Origin: a virus
Virus record (IMG/VR): IMGVR_UViG_3300042090_000199
Span: 13,745 to 77,744 of that record
DNA: 64,000 nt
Strand: one strand, 5' to 3'
The position numbers were made by a program, and so were the translations under genes. Below are positions 26,932-37,237 of the stretch, one piece after another (the first letter of the stretch is position 1; each line of letters starts with the position of its first letter). The notes beneath the pieces are model-generated. The model ran no database searches. It worked only from the letters and a program-made list of their open reading frames with translations, and was not told the origin of the DNA.

Positions 26932-28278
26932 CTAATCTAGTGGTACAATCACGTGCCAGAAGATCTCCTGTCCGGCCGTCTGAATACCAGTTATCTGCAC
27001 GTTTCCTGTGGTATGGTCTATAAAGATCCATGGAGGATCGACGCTACTCGGGAAGGCTGCCCAGCCCGCTTCGCGGTTGCGGTCGTTCGGCGGAACGTAT
27101 CCAGAAGGCAGTGTCATGCAGACACTGTTTCCGGTCACCCCGCCAGGGCCGACAACATCACCCTCAATCTCGACGGCGCCTGCAACGCCCCACGGTATAC
27201 ACCGATATCGAATACCGACACCACCGATCTTCGGAGAGGCGGCAGTCCAGGAATTAAGCAACGAAGCATTGTGCCAGGTCTCGGAGCCTGTAGGAGTCAC
27301 TCCAGAAACAGTACCTGGTACTGTTCCGACGAGGGTATTACATGCATAGATGTTAACTCCGGTACAGTCCAGCTGCATGTAATCATGATGTGTCTGGCCA
27401 TCATCGACGAAAGTGAAGTGTAGTTTTGCGTAGAAGCCTGACGCATCGGACAGGAGTCCCATCTGGACCCAGTCTCGGTTTCCCACCTGTGACAGACTAG
27501 GTCCTGAGACGAATAGCTGTCCGGAACTGCTCGGGCTGAGCGCTCCGATGTTCGGCTGGTTCCCGAAGAATGACGTCGGAGACAACGGAAACACTAGGAG
27601 CGCCGGATTTCCAGGACCTCCAGCTGAGGGCACTAGAGCTACCTGCGGGGTGCTGCCTGAAGCGTTTCCAACATATAGGCCGGCGGGAATAGTGTTGCCA
27701 ACAGAGTCGGTCGTCGTCACGTTAGATAGCGAAATAAATACATTGCCAAGCGTCGGGGCTGCAGTAGTGTAGGCTATGTAGTCCGCAAGCGGGTCTGTAC
27801 TAAATGATAGGAACTCAGCCGCGCTAATCGTGGTGGCGTCAACGATGCCAGCTACAACGATACCGGCTACTAGTAGGTTAGCAGAGATCGTGCCGGCTGC
27901 AATCGATGGTGTACCAAACTGGTACAGGTCGAATTCGGACGTACCCGCGTTATACACCTTCATAACGGGGTAGCCACTGCTCGTGTCGAACCAGAACGTC
28001 CCGTTCGGAGGAGACACCGGAGGAGTTGGTCCGATGAATACCTGCGTGCCACCTTCGGTGAGGACTACGTCGCCGTTGACCTCACCGCTACCGTCGGCAT
28101 TGAGGATCCAACCCGCAGTGCCAGGACTATAGGTGCTGGACTGAATAGATGTTCTATTCAGCGTCGTACCAATAGCCACAGGATCATTAATGATGTTCTC
28201 AACATTGAGCATCCGACGCCGCAAGTCAGCTATCGTGCTCATAAGCCGACGATCTAGTGGAACAGGATGATCGGTCAT
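26932..28278 (-). CDS. Minor tail/tail fibre protein
   Basis: N-terminal coiled coil, GW....DG..E, WFDTS, C-terminal W....L.N.W...YR...TLPSGY.P. Confidence 0.75.
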   Translation of the reverse strand: MTDHPVPLDRRLMSTIADLRRRMLNVENIINDPVAIGTTLNRTSIQSSTYSPGTAGWILNADGSGEVNGDVVLTEGGTQVFIGPTPPVSPPNGTFWFDTSSGYPVMKVYNAGTSEFDLYQFGTPSIAAGTISANLLVAGIVVAGIVDATTISAAEFLSFSTDPLADYIAYTTAAPTLGNVFISLSNVTTTDSVGNTIPAGLYVGNASGSTPQVALVPSAGGPGNPALLVFPLSPTSFFGNQPNIGALSPSSSGQLFVSGPSLSQVGNRDWVQMGLLSDASGFYAKLHFTFVDDGQTHHDYMQLDCTGVNIYACNTLVGTVPGTVSGVTPTGSETWHNASLLNSWTAASPKIGGVGIRYRCIPWGVAGAVEIEGDVVGPGGVTGNSVCMTLPSGYVPPNDRNREAGWAAFPSSVDPPWIFIDHTTGNVQITGIQTAGQEIFWHVIVPLD

Positions 28279-29432
28279 GTCAACGGTCCTTCCACTAGTG
28301 CACCTAGCTGCCAGCTTGTCTGCTCAGCTTGGTCCCCTGTTGGGAAGTTCAAGGTCCAACCTGTCATCTGAAACAGCTGTGTTATTCCAGGCACACCGTT
28401 AGGGCCTGCAGGATGCAAATCTGACGTCCCGATGAAGTACATCTCATCGCCGAGAAGCGTATCCTTAATCGCCGGATATTGACCTGCTCCTGCCAAGACA
28501 ATCGGTGTCAGATTGCCTAGAATTGACGTCGAATACATAGACCCGATAGTGTAATTAATAATCTGCGCTTCGCTAGTAACGGTACCGTTATACGAACCGC
28601 TATTTTCCAACAACGGAAAGCCTTGTATCATCTCAGGCTCGGCAATACCAACAATAACGAAGGCCTCTGTAGTGCCAGTCCCTGTCACAGTGAACTTATT
28701 AGCAGGATCAGTAGGCGTCCATTGCCATCCATAATCCTGCATATGTTCGCTAGGTACTATCAATTGGAAGCCTGTCTGGTCATAAGTACGACCCATCTGT
28801 GGCAGTCCTAGTTGCGCAACCGTGTATAGGGACCCGCCGTCCGTCATTGCGGGAGCCAAGGTATATTCCATCAGATACGTCGTAACAAGGTCGCTCCAGG
28901 CGTCATAGATCTTCTTTCGCGAGGCTGACTCAGTCACGGACCCTAGGACGCCTGAGTACTCTACCGTATCAACAATGCCTGCTTGGTTCTGGAACTGACC
29001 ACTGCCTGCTATGTTACCGTTCGGCTGCTTTGAGACCGCATATAGCAATTCCTGTCGAAAGATCTCGAAGATGTCCATGTTGTCATACTCTAGATCGTCG
29101 CTGATCTCACGGTGCTTAAAGAACTCCTCCATAGTGGCGCCTTGCAGAGGCAAGTTCCCACCGGACAGACTTGTGTGCGGCCAACCCGTGATCGGCCCAT
29201 TCCAAATCGGATGACCATCCTGTAGAACCCACAAAATGCTCTTCCACGGAATCAACGCATTCGTCCAGATGGCACGTTGCATGGCCGTTGCATTCTGCGG
29301 GAACGTCAAAGTGCCACTGAAAGATCCGACCGCATTGATCTGCCTCGAACAAGTCTGCCCTACGATAGGCAGACTATCGCACATCATCCGACCAGTAACT
29401 GTGTCAGTCGAGACGAACCGATACGTAGACAT
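28275..29432 (-). CDS. Minor tail protein (baseplate/hub-like)
   Basis: YR....D..TG, IN..GSFSG, WNGPI typical of actinophage minor tails; position. Confidence 0.75.
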   Translation of the reverse strand: MSTYRFVSTDTVTGRMMCDSLPIVGQTCSRQINAVGSFSGTLTFPQNATAMQRAIWTNALIPWKSILWVLQDGHPIWNGPITGWPHTSLSGGNLPLQGATMEEFFKHREISDDLEYDNMDIFEIFRQELLYAVSKQPNGNIAGSGQFQNQAGIVDTVEYSGVLGSVTESASRKKIYDAWSDLVTTYLMEYTLAPAMTDGGSLYTVAQLGLPQMGRTYDQTGFQLIVPSEHMQDYGWQWTPTDPANKFTVTGTGTTEAFVIVGIAEPEMIQGFPLLENSGSYNGTVTSEAQIINYTIGSMYSTSILGNLTPIVLAGAGQYPAIKDTLLGDEMYFIGTSDLHPAGPNGVPGITQLFQMTGWTLNFPTGDQAEQTSWQLGALVEGPLT

Positions 29433-30520
29433 TACTGCATCACCGGCTCCACCCGCATGTATGCGTGCTGTCCTGAACCTGCGACGACACTGACAGTCTC
29501 AGACACAGACTGCTGATTAGCTAGTGCTCGCCATGTAATCGTATGCGCTGCAGCTGATGGAGTGTCACCAGCACCTGCTGACGTCGTGTAGATACTAGTG
29601 TTGCCTGCGACTGGATAGGTCTGACTAGTAGTCCCGATGAGGATCTCGAGCAGGTCAATCTGGGTGCTGTCCAGGAAGATCCCGAACTGTACTAGCGTCG
29701 GCGTCGGCGTAGCCATAGACATGCCTGCCCAGTGTGTCGTGATTCTGAGATCAGTAGCGCCATCAGTCGTGACTGAGGCAGACATCGACTGGGAGCCGAA
29801 CACGATCGTCGACAAGGCGCCTGAACCTCCGACAACTCCTGTCAGACTAGCTGCTGCGCTACCAACAACATGCGCAGGCACGAACGGCATCGCCCTAAAC
29901 GGCTTCGCCCCAGTAGCCGTTAGCATGAAGTAACGGTTATTGGTAACATCGAAGCCTAGCGTCCCCGTGTCGCCAGGCTGTAGAGAAGCCATGTTCGGGC
30001 AGACAATGACTCCGCCAGCCTCAGCAGTCCAGATTCGCTCATCGGTGATATTACCCTGATTGATCGTTACGACACTAGAACCGACGAAGACCTGTGCAAG
30101 AGCGATCGAGTTGGTCGGCAATGCCGGCGCTGAAGGGCTGGTCGCAGGCGTGCCTGCTATGATCTGAACTTCAGAGAACGAGCTAGAGTTGCCATTGTCT
30201 ACGACCGTAGCGCAGACCAGGTCGATGCGCGAATTCGGACTCGAAGGCGCAGTCGAGACAGTCAGCGACGCTGCTGTAGGGTTGAACACTCTATACTGGC
30301 CGCTACCACTGCCGTTCGGGATGATCGCGGTTCCAGGGCTGACCTGAATAGTCATGCCACTGAACGCTAGTACCGCCATATCTCCAACGCCGGTTGCTAG
30401 GACCCCTCCTAGAGTCTGCGCACCGTAAGTAGTGGAATCAATATCCGCACGCCCGATGCTATCTGACCATGTCGACCCAGCCAGCCACGGGCAATATCCT
30501 AGGTTCACACTGCTCGGCAT
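29432..30520 (-). CDS. Minor tail protein
   Basis: RIDLV...GTP..SP.AP.LP...LA.V....I.D.R. Confidence 0.7.
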   Translation of the reverse strand: MPSSVNLGYCPWLAGSTWSDSIGRADIDSTTYGAQTLGGVLATGVGDMAVLAFSGMTIQVSPGTAIIPNGSGSGQYRVFNPTAASLTVSTAPSSPNSRIDLVCATVVDNGNSSSFSEVQIIAGTPATSPSAPALPTNSIALAQVFVGSSVVTINQGNITDERIWTAEAGGVIVCPNMASLQPGDTGTLGFDVTNNRYFMLTATGAKPFRAMPFVPAHVVGSAAASLTGVVGGSGALSTIVFGSQSMSASVTTDGATDLRITTHWAGMSMATPTPTLVQFGIFLDSTQIDLLEILIGTTSQTYPVAGNTSIYTTSAGAGDTPSAAAHTITWRALANQQSVSETVSVVAGSGQHAYMRVEPVMQ

Positions 30521-30532
30521 AGCTACACCTCC

Positions 30533-31438
30533 CTAGATCCATGCCGCCTGATAAGCTGCGACTAGTTGCCCGCCAGCTGCACCTGCTATTGAAGAAACGA
30601 TAACCGTATTAAATCCTGGATTGATAGTAAACCAACTTGAGCTCACATCTGCAGGTACGTAGACGCCGTTCAAGAAAGACTGCTTAGCATCGAAGTCGAT
30701 AACCATGCGGTCACCGGTCTGCAATGTGACTAGCTGATTCCACCAAGTAACAGTCTGTCCGGTCTGAACCAGCGTGATTGCAGGCCCCTTGAGCGGCCCC
30801 CAGATCGTCATCTCTGGAAACGATGGAAAGTTCCCAGGATCCATAAACTGAATCGATCCCGGGACTACACCATTGTTCAGTGTGAAAGGAACGGTCACTG
30901 GTATCGTGATCGGGGACGCTGCGGAGGAACTAGCCGATCCAGAAGCGTAAATCGTTTGGGAGTACTTCCGCGGGTCTGGCGCGACCAGCAGAATTGAGAA
31001 CACGACTTCACACAGATTGTCGTACTGCTCAGTAATCTTGCCAGAACGCCTAACGTACGCAACCTTCGGAATCGGCTCATTGTAGTTAAACGCGCATAGG
31101 TCGTTAACCGGAATAACCTGTCCCAAGATCGACCTAGCAAGGTCCCGCGTAGCCTGGTCTGGAGCCGACGCGCGTAGCGTCAGCGTCATCATGCGAGGTC
31201 CGAAGAACTGCGCTGCTGGATACGCGCCGTGATCAGCAGCTTTCTGGATGACCTGACCGACGACGTCTGGCCCGTCCCAGCCCTCCAGCTTCTCGATGAT
31301 CCATGCAATACCGTTCGTATCTGGGCCCGCACCCATATTGAGTACCATTGGCGTAGTCATGTACGGCGCCTGATACGAGAACGACCCTGTCCAGAGACCT
31401 GTGTCCTGCGATATCGTGCCCGAGCCAGTATAAGTCAT
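30533..31438 (-). CDS. Distal tail protein (Dit-like)
   Basis: Follows tape measure; LEGW, APDPRKY, PG.N, AWI end. Confidence 0.75.
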   Translation of the reverse strand: MTYTGSGTISQDTGLWTGSFSYQAPYMTTPMVLNMGAGPDTNGIAWIIEKLEGWDGPDVVGQVIQKAADHGAYPAAQFFGPRMMTLTLRASAPDQATRDLARSILGQVIPVNDLCAFNYNEPIPKVAYVRRSGKITEQYDNLCEVVFSILLVAPDPRKYSQTIYASGSASSSAASPITIPVTVPFTLNNGVVPGSIQFMDPGNFPSFPEMTIWGPLKGPAITLVQTGQTVTWWNQLVTLQTGDRMVIDFDAKQSFLNGVYVPADVSSSWFTINPGFNTVIVSSIAGAAGGQLVAAYQAAWI

Positions 31439-34400
31439 GGGGCCACCGCCAATGCCAACGCCATGTCGCGCATCTGCTGCGCCTTCATCTCCGTAGTCGG
31501 GTACTGCGTACCGAAGTACTGGAAGTATTGATGAACTGGCTGCTTACTACCCTGAGCTGTCGGCCTGATATCAACCCCGCCGCCCGGACGTGCGCTAGCA
31601 ATCTCGGTCCCCGACTCGCCTACGTAGCCCCACCGTCCCGGAGGAAGGAAGCCGCCTGCAGCATATCCATGTCCCGAGCCGATACCTGCGCCACTAGCGT
31701 TCTGCAGTGTAGGTCCATAGACATGTGCAGCATAATTAAGCGCAGCTGCAACGTTCGCCAACGGGTCATAGATGTTCATGCTCGTACCCGGAACATGGTA
31801 CGCCAAAAACGTCGCCATGATCGTCTGCATCAGTCCGCGTGAAGGGTCACCCTCCTGTGCATTAATGTCCGTCAGGTTGATCGCGTTCGGATTACCTCCG
31901 GACTCAGTCTGCATCTGGAACAGTACCTTGTTCTCCAATGCTGATGCCAAATGCAGCATAGCCAAAGCCTGCAGAACAATAGGTGCCCACTGTGTAACAC
32001 CTGAGCCAAGATTCATGGTCGCCGCAGCTGCGGCCACCTTCGCCGCCATGTCCGCAATCATCTTCTGGGCTGAGCTACCCTCTGTACTCTGGCCAGCCTG
32101 GGTCATAGCAGTACCCATGAAGTCCTGTCCCACACCTGACAGAACACCGTAAGGCCCGACTAGGCCGCCAGTCGCAAATCCTGGCAGCTTACCCTTCAAG
32201 TGGTCAACGCTACCTGACGCCACCATGTCTGCCGGAACGACTAGTTCCCCAGGCATCAACACGCCGAGCACACTGTCCCTGCCTGGCGTACCGCCCTTGA
32301 TGAGACCGCCCGCGGCGTGAAACTCGAGGTATCCAGTAGCTGCATTCTTGATGTTCTGCTCTGCAAACGTGATCGTGCCTGTGCCGGAACCGACAACTGT
32401 AATCGGCAGGTTCTTGCCGTGCATGCTGTTGATCTCATTCTGCAACCCTGGCAGGTACGTCTTCCACAGGTCATCTGCTTGAGTTTTCGTCAGACCTAGA
32501 CCCTGCTCCGCATAATTCTCGAATGCCCGCTGCGCTGCTGGCAGATTATTGTTCGCCTGAATCGTCAGCTGGGTCATAACGTCGATCGCAGCTTGACGGA
32601 AGTCCTTATTACTCGTCGTGCCCTTTTCGATGTCCGTCGTGAAGGTGTTCCAGGCCTGCTGTCCACCTTGCGCCTGCCAAATAGCTACAGCCTGCATGCT
32701 CTTTAGGGACGCATTCAGCGCATCAGTAAGTCCTCCAGCCTTGACTGTTGACTGTCCGATAATCCCATTCATATTGGACAGCGATGTTGCATTCGTCCCA
32801 ACCCATTGGTTCAAGGTCTTAAGTGAGACCGTACCAGGACCTAGGGCGTTGTTAATCAGGTCGACCATCGTAGAACGAGCCGCAGTATTGCTGCCAGCAT
32901 ACTGCAGCATCTGCTCCGTCATCGTAGCGGTAACCTTAGTCAGGTCCCCTTGCGAAATACTCTGTGACATGAGCGCGCTGACCACGTTCTGAGCTGCACT
33001 AATCTGTCCGTAGAAAGCTTGGTTCAGTGTATAGCTCGCCTGCGACGTGCCAGCTATGGCGGCACCTGCCGTGGACACGCTAGATTTCAATCCATCGAAC
33101 GTATGGCTAGTCGATCCCGTCGCCTGCTCTGCGGCGCTCAAGTTAGTCGTCATCGATGCCATGTTCAGCTCAAAGGTATCGAATGTAGACTGGCCTCCCG
33201 TGATCACATTCATCAAGTCGGTTTCCGCACCGGTAATCTTCTTGATCGCAGGGACCGTTTCCTGCATATACAGGTTCGTCAACGCATTCTGAGCAGCCGC
33301 GGCCTGCCCACCCTGATATCCAGCTAGCTGCTCGGTAGCTGTTGTCAAAGCCTTAATCTGTGTGACCTGATTCGCGAACGCAGCGGCGCTCTCAGTGGCG
33401 ATCGCGCCAGCCTTAACGCCCATCGCGTTCAGGTCGGACAACGAGGCGGTCTGACTACCAGTAATCTGGTCCAGTGTAGCCATCCGCGAAGTCAAAGTTT
33501 GCTGCTGATCACCGAACGCCTTAACATTCGACGTTAGGCCTTGCCATGCAGGGTTCAGCTCCGTCACTGTCGACGTAAGTCCATGCATCCCCGAAGTCGT
33601 TACCTTGATATATTCAGGCGTTTGAGACAGCTGATCATTGGTCTGCTTAATACCTTGTGCCAAGATAGTCTGAGCCTGTACAAACGTAGTCGCCGCATTA
33701 AGCTGCTGCTCCACAGAATTGTAAGCGTCCTGCGCAGCTGTCTTAACACTACTTAGCCATACACCTAGCGCGACGAGCGCGCCTATCGCGACAGCTGCCC
33801 AGACAAAGGGATTAACGGCTCCCAACGCAGCCATGATGCCCTCTAGCGCAGCGCTAGCCGCGGCTGCTATACCCTCCGCACCGGCCACAGCTATCAGCGA
33901 CGACACATACAGTGCGACAGCCCCAGCGGCATTCATGGCCCAGCCGCCTACGGCTAGCAGCGGCCCTTGCAAGGACATAATCGCAGTCACTGCGAGCCCG
34001 CCCCACAGGACTGCACCGTGGAACCACAAACCGATGTTCAAGAGTCCTTGCACAATCGAGTTGCCAGTAATAGCCTCGAGCGCCCCAGTTACGTCCTGTA
34101 GAGCTCCGAACAACATCTGTGCATAGCCTGGCAACGTGTGCAGGATATTACCGAAGATACCAAATACGTTCCCGATGATATTACCGAGTGTTTGTAGGTC
34201 CTGAACTCCCTTACCGACGAGCCCGTCTAGCCCATTGCCTCCGAGGGCGTTCTCTATACGCGCCCCAAGATTATCCATGACGCGGCCTGCACCGGTAGCC
34301 AATGTAGTGAACACACTAGCGTGGTTGTTAATAATACCCAAGGCCTCGCCAAACAGTACATAGACCTGAGGCTTCACTGAGTCAGTGAAGTTCTGCAGGC

Positions 34401-35106
34401 TACTAGTCACGCCTGGAAAGGTAGTACCCAGAGCTGTCGTGATCGTGAGGAACGCTTGCTCCGAGTGTACGATGTCGTTAACCGTCGAGCTGGCAGCTAT
34501 CCCGAACGCCGTCAAGGCAATCAGTGCCGGAACAACTTCGGCAGTGACTTCCAGGATGGCGTCCAGTAGTAGGTGCCATACCGCGACAGAGTTAACAAAC
34601 GGCACACCGCTAAGTAGACCGCCGAACAGTGGAATCTTTGCGCCAAGTGCTGTTAGTGCTCCGCCAAACCCGAGAGCTGCACCAGTTAGGCCCCAGAAAC
34701 CTGTGCCGCCTCCGCCTGTCGTACCCGGAGTCCCAGTAGCTGCATCAGCCGCTACTCTAATCGCGGTCAGGTCTGCCAGCGCAGCGCTAACCCCAGACAC
34801 CTTCAAGTCGATACCGGTTAGTGTCTGAAGTCCTGCTAGCTTCGCCCGAATTTCAGCTATCGAAGCATCCAGCTCGGTTTGATTGATCCCACCGATCGAC
34901 AGCGCCTTAACCTGCAGCGCCATGAGCTTAGTTGAGATCTCCAGAAGCGCTGCGTCGACCGCCTTCTGATCAATACCCGCCTTAATTGACAAGTCTTTAA
35001 CCGCGGCTAGCTTCGCCTCAATCGAAGCAATGCCTTTATCCAACGCAGCGGCGTCTACGTCGACTTCAAGGTATCCCTGCCCTACCTTGAACCCTCCTGC
35101 GGCCAT
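31435..35106 (-). CDS. Tape measure protein with C-terminal lytic transglycosylase (SLT) domain
   Basis: 1223 aa, Ala/Gly-rich; ESGGNPNAIN..D.N...G.PSRGLMQ.I..TF; GYAAGG. Confidence 0.92.
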   Translation of the reverse strand: MAAGGFKVGQGYLEVDVDAAALDKGIASIEAKLAAVKDLSIKAGIDQKAVDAALLEISTKLMALQVKALSIGGINQTELDASIAEIRAKLAGLQTLTGIDLKVSGVSAALADLTAIRVAADAATGTPGTTGGGGTGFWGLTGAALGFGGALTALGAKIPLFGGLLSGVPFVNSVAVWHLLLDAILEVTAEVVPALIALTAFGIAASSTVNDIVHSEQAFLTITTALGTTFPGVTSSLQNFTDSVKPQVYVLFGEALGIINNHASVFTTLATGAGRVMDNLGARIENALGGNGLDGLVGKGVQDLQTLGNIIGNVFGIFGNILHTLPGYAQMLFGALQDVTGALEAITGNSIVQGLLNIGLWFHGAVLWGGLAVTAIMSLQGPLLAVGGWAMNAAGAVALYVSSLIAVAGAEGIAAAASAALEGIMAALGAVNPFVWAAVAIGALVALGVWLSSVKTAAQDAYNSVEQQLNAATTFVQAQTILAQGIKQTNDQLSQTPEYIKVTTSGMHGLTSTVTELNPAWQGLTSNVKAFGDQQQTLTSRMATLDQITGSQTASLSDLNAMGVKAGAIATESAAAFANQVTQIKALTTATEQLAGYQGGQAAAAQNALTNLYMQETVPAIKKITGAETDLMNVITGGQSTFDTFELNMASMTTNLSAAEQATGSTSHTFDGLKSSVSTAGAAIAGTSQASYTLNQAFYGQISAAQNVVSALMSQSISQGDLTKVTATMTEQMLQYAGSNTAARSTMVDLINNALGPGTVSLKTLNQWVGTNATSLSNMNGIIGQSTVKAGGLTDALNASLKSMQAVAIWQAQGGQQAWNTFTTDIEKGTTSNKDFRQAAIDVMTQLTIQANNNLPAAQRAFENYAEQGLGLTKTQADDLWKTYLPGLQNEINSMHGKNLPITVVGSGTGTITFAEQNIKNAATGYLEFHAAGGLIKGGTPGRDSVLGVLMPGELVVPADMVASGSVDHLKGKLPGFATGGLVGPYGVLSGVGQDFMGTAMTQAGQSTEGSSAQKMIADMAAKVAAAAATMNLGSGVTQWAPIVLQALAMLHLASALENKVLFQMQTESGGNPNAINLTDINAQEGDPSRGLMQTIMATFLAYHVPGTSMNIYDPLANVAAALNYAAHVYGPTLQNASGAGIGSGHGYAAGGFLPPGRWGYVGESGTEIASARPGGGVDIRPTAQGSKQPVHQYFQYFGTQYPTTEMKAQQMRDMALALAVAP

Positions 35107-35109
35107 AAG

Positions 35110-35556
35110 CTACTCCGTCGGTATCGCGATCTCAAAGATAGGCGCAAGCTCGCCAAACATCGGCATAGGTGGACCTGCCTGGAGTAGCTCATCGAGCGTT
35201 GCGGCTCGATCTTCATGCTTCACTGTAGGCATGGGCACCTGGCTCTCTCGGACGTCCTCTACTTCGTCATACACATAACGCGGCGGTAGTCCTTCAGTTG
35301 CTTGACGCTCGATCTGCTTTCGTTCTTCCTCCTGTATGTCTTCCAACCAGCCCTCGAGGTCTACCTTAGCAGCCCCTGAATACGCTGGCAGTCGGTACGC
35401 CAAGCGGAAAAATGTCGGTCCATCTAGCTCGTAGATGTCCTCGACACGATGCAGCACGCTCATGTCGCTGCATACGCTGTCGAGGCAATCCACGATCCAT
35501 ACTATCTGCGCCGTCCTGATCGCCCAGGCAGGCGGTTCTGCTGATTCCCTTTTGGG
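35110..35556 (-). CDS. Tail assembly chaperone, -1 frameshift extension
   Basis: The -1 frame from slippery C CCA AAA is open and reads into ORF 35110..35493. Confidence 0.75.
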   Translation of the reverse strand, partial: PKRESAEPPAWAIRTAQIVWIVDCLDSVCSDMSVLHRVEDIYELDGPTFFRLAYRLPAYSGAAKVDLEGWLEDIQEEERKQIERQATEGLPPRYVYDEVEDVRESQVPMPTVKHEDRAATLDELLQAGPPMPMFGELAPIFEIAIPTE

Positions 35557-35912
35557 CGCTCGGTCTTACCTGTTGCGATCCGAAGCGCTGCCGCGAGGAT
35601 GAAGTCATATTGCGGCTGTGTTAGGGCTTCATAATTCAGAAGAGCCTCGTAGCCTTCCTCGCTGAGCATGTTGTTCAGCAAGTAGTACGCCGCCTGACCT
35701 TCACCCTCTTCCTTCAGGATCTTCAAGTAGCGCAGCCCGACGGTCGGCGACGGGTTCTTCGGTACCTTGAACGCCCTATCGTCTAGCTCGAAGAGCGTAA
35801 TGTACTCGATCTCCTCGCCTTCGTCCTTGGACGAGAGCTTCAGGATATCGAGATCGCCTGGAACGATATCGATCGTTCCAGACTCGTCGGGCTGCCTTCT
35901 GGTGTCCGCCAT
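35502..35912 (-). CDS. Tail assembly chaperone
   Basis: Between major tail and tape measure; slippery site near the 3' end. Confidence 0.8.
   Translation of the reverse strand: MADTRRQPDESGTIDIVPGDLDILKLSSKDEGEEIEYITLFELDDRAFKVPKNPSPTVGLRYLKILKEEGEGQAAYYLLNNMLSEEGYEALLNYEALTQPQYDFILAAALRIATGKTERPKGNQQNRLPGRSGRRR
35550..35556 (-). other. Programmed -1 frameshift site CCCAAAA
   Basis: X XXY YYZ heptamer in frame (CGC CCA AAA GGG). Confidence 0.75.
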
Positions 35913-35925
35913 AGCAGTTCCTTCC

Positions 35926-36558
35926 TTATGCCGTCTGGTCGTAGATCACGAACGGTGAGATCGCAGCGCTCACGTAGAACGCTGTGAACGTGCACGCCCA
36001 CACCGATTGAGTTGCCAGGTCGTACTTCGCCGTCGCCTTGACGTCGTTGAGGACCTTGCGTACGATGAAGCGCCGCCGCGCAACCGCACCGCTACCCAGG
36101 TTCGGTGCCCAGCCATCGATGAGCAACGCGCTATACGTTGGCTGGGTGATCGTCGGCGTGTTTGTCCCAGGAGCAGCAACCGCACCTCCTGGGTCGAGAG
36201 TGTTGATACCAGAGCCGACGGTTAGAATCGGCGACTGGTTCATTGCTTCCTGCAGGTTGGCCAGCGTCGCCTCGAGTAGCGACACCGTCACCGTGATTGC
36301 TCGTCCCGTGAGTCGAGCGCCGATCGGGTCGACAGACTGGTCTGCCTTGATCTGGCCGTACGTGTACGCCGCCTCCCACTGGACGCCGCCCATCGTGCCG
36401 CCGAAGTCGGTGTACCCTGCACCGCCAGCCGAGACCGGGTCTGTCTTGATCGACGTGTTAGTCACCGGAGGCTCAGTTACCGCCCCGAAGGTGCCCCAGT
36501 AGATCGTCGCAGGTCCCTGAACGACGTTACCAGGAGTGACGCCTACGTATCCTGTCAT
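35926..36558 (-). CDS. Major tail protein
   Basis: NVVQGPA, GGT.GG, DQ, L.EATL.NL; GC-rich codons; position. Confidence 0.8.
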   Translation of the reverse strand: MTGYVGVTPGNVVQGPATIYWGTFGAVTEPPVTNTSIKTDPVSAGGAGYTDFGGTMGGVQWEAAYTYGQIKADQSVDPIGARLTGRAITVTVSLLEATLANLQEAMNQSPILTVGSGINTLDPGGAVAAPGTNTPTITQPTYSALLIDGWAPNLGSGAVARRRFIVRKVLNDVKATAKYDLATQSVWACTFTAFYVSAAISPFVIYDQTA

Positions 36559-36573
36559 GTTGTCTCACACCTC

Positions 36574-36957
36574 CTAGTAAACGCCGCCGGACTGGATAAC
36601 AACGACACCCGACACGTTCGCCGGAGTACCGAAGTTGATCTGAACGGTGTTGGTACCTGCGTTCGCGTCCACCGTATAGAATGGGCCGAGCAGGTACACG
36701 TGAGCTGGAGTCGCCTCCGTGAAGGCGATCGCAGGAATGCTCACACCCAGGATCTGAGCGCCTGGAGTGATAGTAGCTGCAGGGTCGCCTGTGACTGTCT
36801 TACAGAACACGAGCGTGAGCCCTGGAATGTTGGGAAACGTGATACCGGTGTTAGCACCAAGTGTCGCGTATGTCATCGCGGTCGTGTCGAGCACGCCGTT
36901 TCCTACCAGCTGCTGGAACCCTGGCGAAACGCCGGGCCCGAGCGCGAGAACTGTCAT
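36574..36957 (-). CDS. Virion structural protein (paralog of 48639..49031)
   Basis: GITFPN...GPF...TVQINF versus GVQFNN...AF...TIQIDF. Confidence 0.55.
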   Translation of the reverse strand: MTVLALGPGVSPGFQQLVGNGVLDTTAMTYATLGANTGITFPNIPGLTLVFCKTVTGDPAATITPGAQILGVSIPAIAFTEATPAHVYLLGPFYTVDANAGTNTVQINFGTPANVSGVVVIQSGGVY

Positions 36958-37205
36958 CCCCGCCTCCTACGGGTCGCTGCGGCCTTACGACCGACTGCTT
37001 TCGCCTTAGCCGTTCCGGCTCGACGATGTGACGCTCCACCAAAGTTCTTGGCGAAGTTTGCCTGACGGACTGTAGACGCGGGATACGTTCCCTTCTTAGC
37101 TGACAGAACCTTACGAGCGTAAGCCTGATTACTCATCCCAGCAGCCTTCGACTTCTTAGAGAAAGCTCCAGGATGCTTGATAGTGATCTTCATCTTCCCA
37201 GCCAC
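36954..37205 (-). CDS. Small very basic protein (IKHPGAF...ANFA.N type)
   Basis: Lys/Arg/Ala-rich, 83 aa; RBS GGAGG. Confidence 0.65.
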   Translation of the reverse strand: MAGKMKITIKHPGAFSKKSKAAGMSNQAYARKVLSAKKGTYPASTVRQANFAKNFGGASHRRAGTAKAKAVGRKAAATRRRRG

Positions 37206-37237
37206 GGTTCCTCCTCCCGAAACCAGTCCGCCATATC

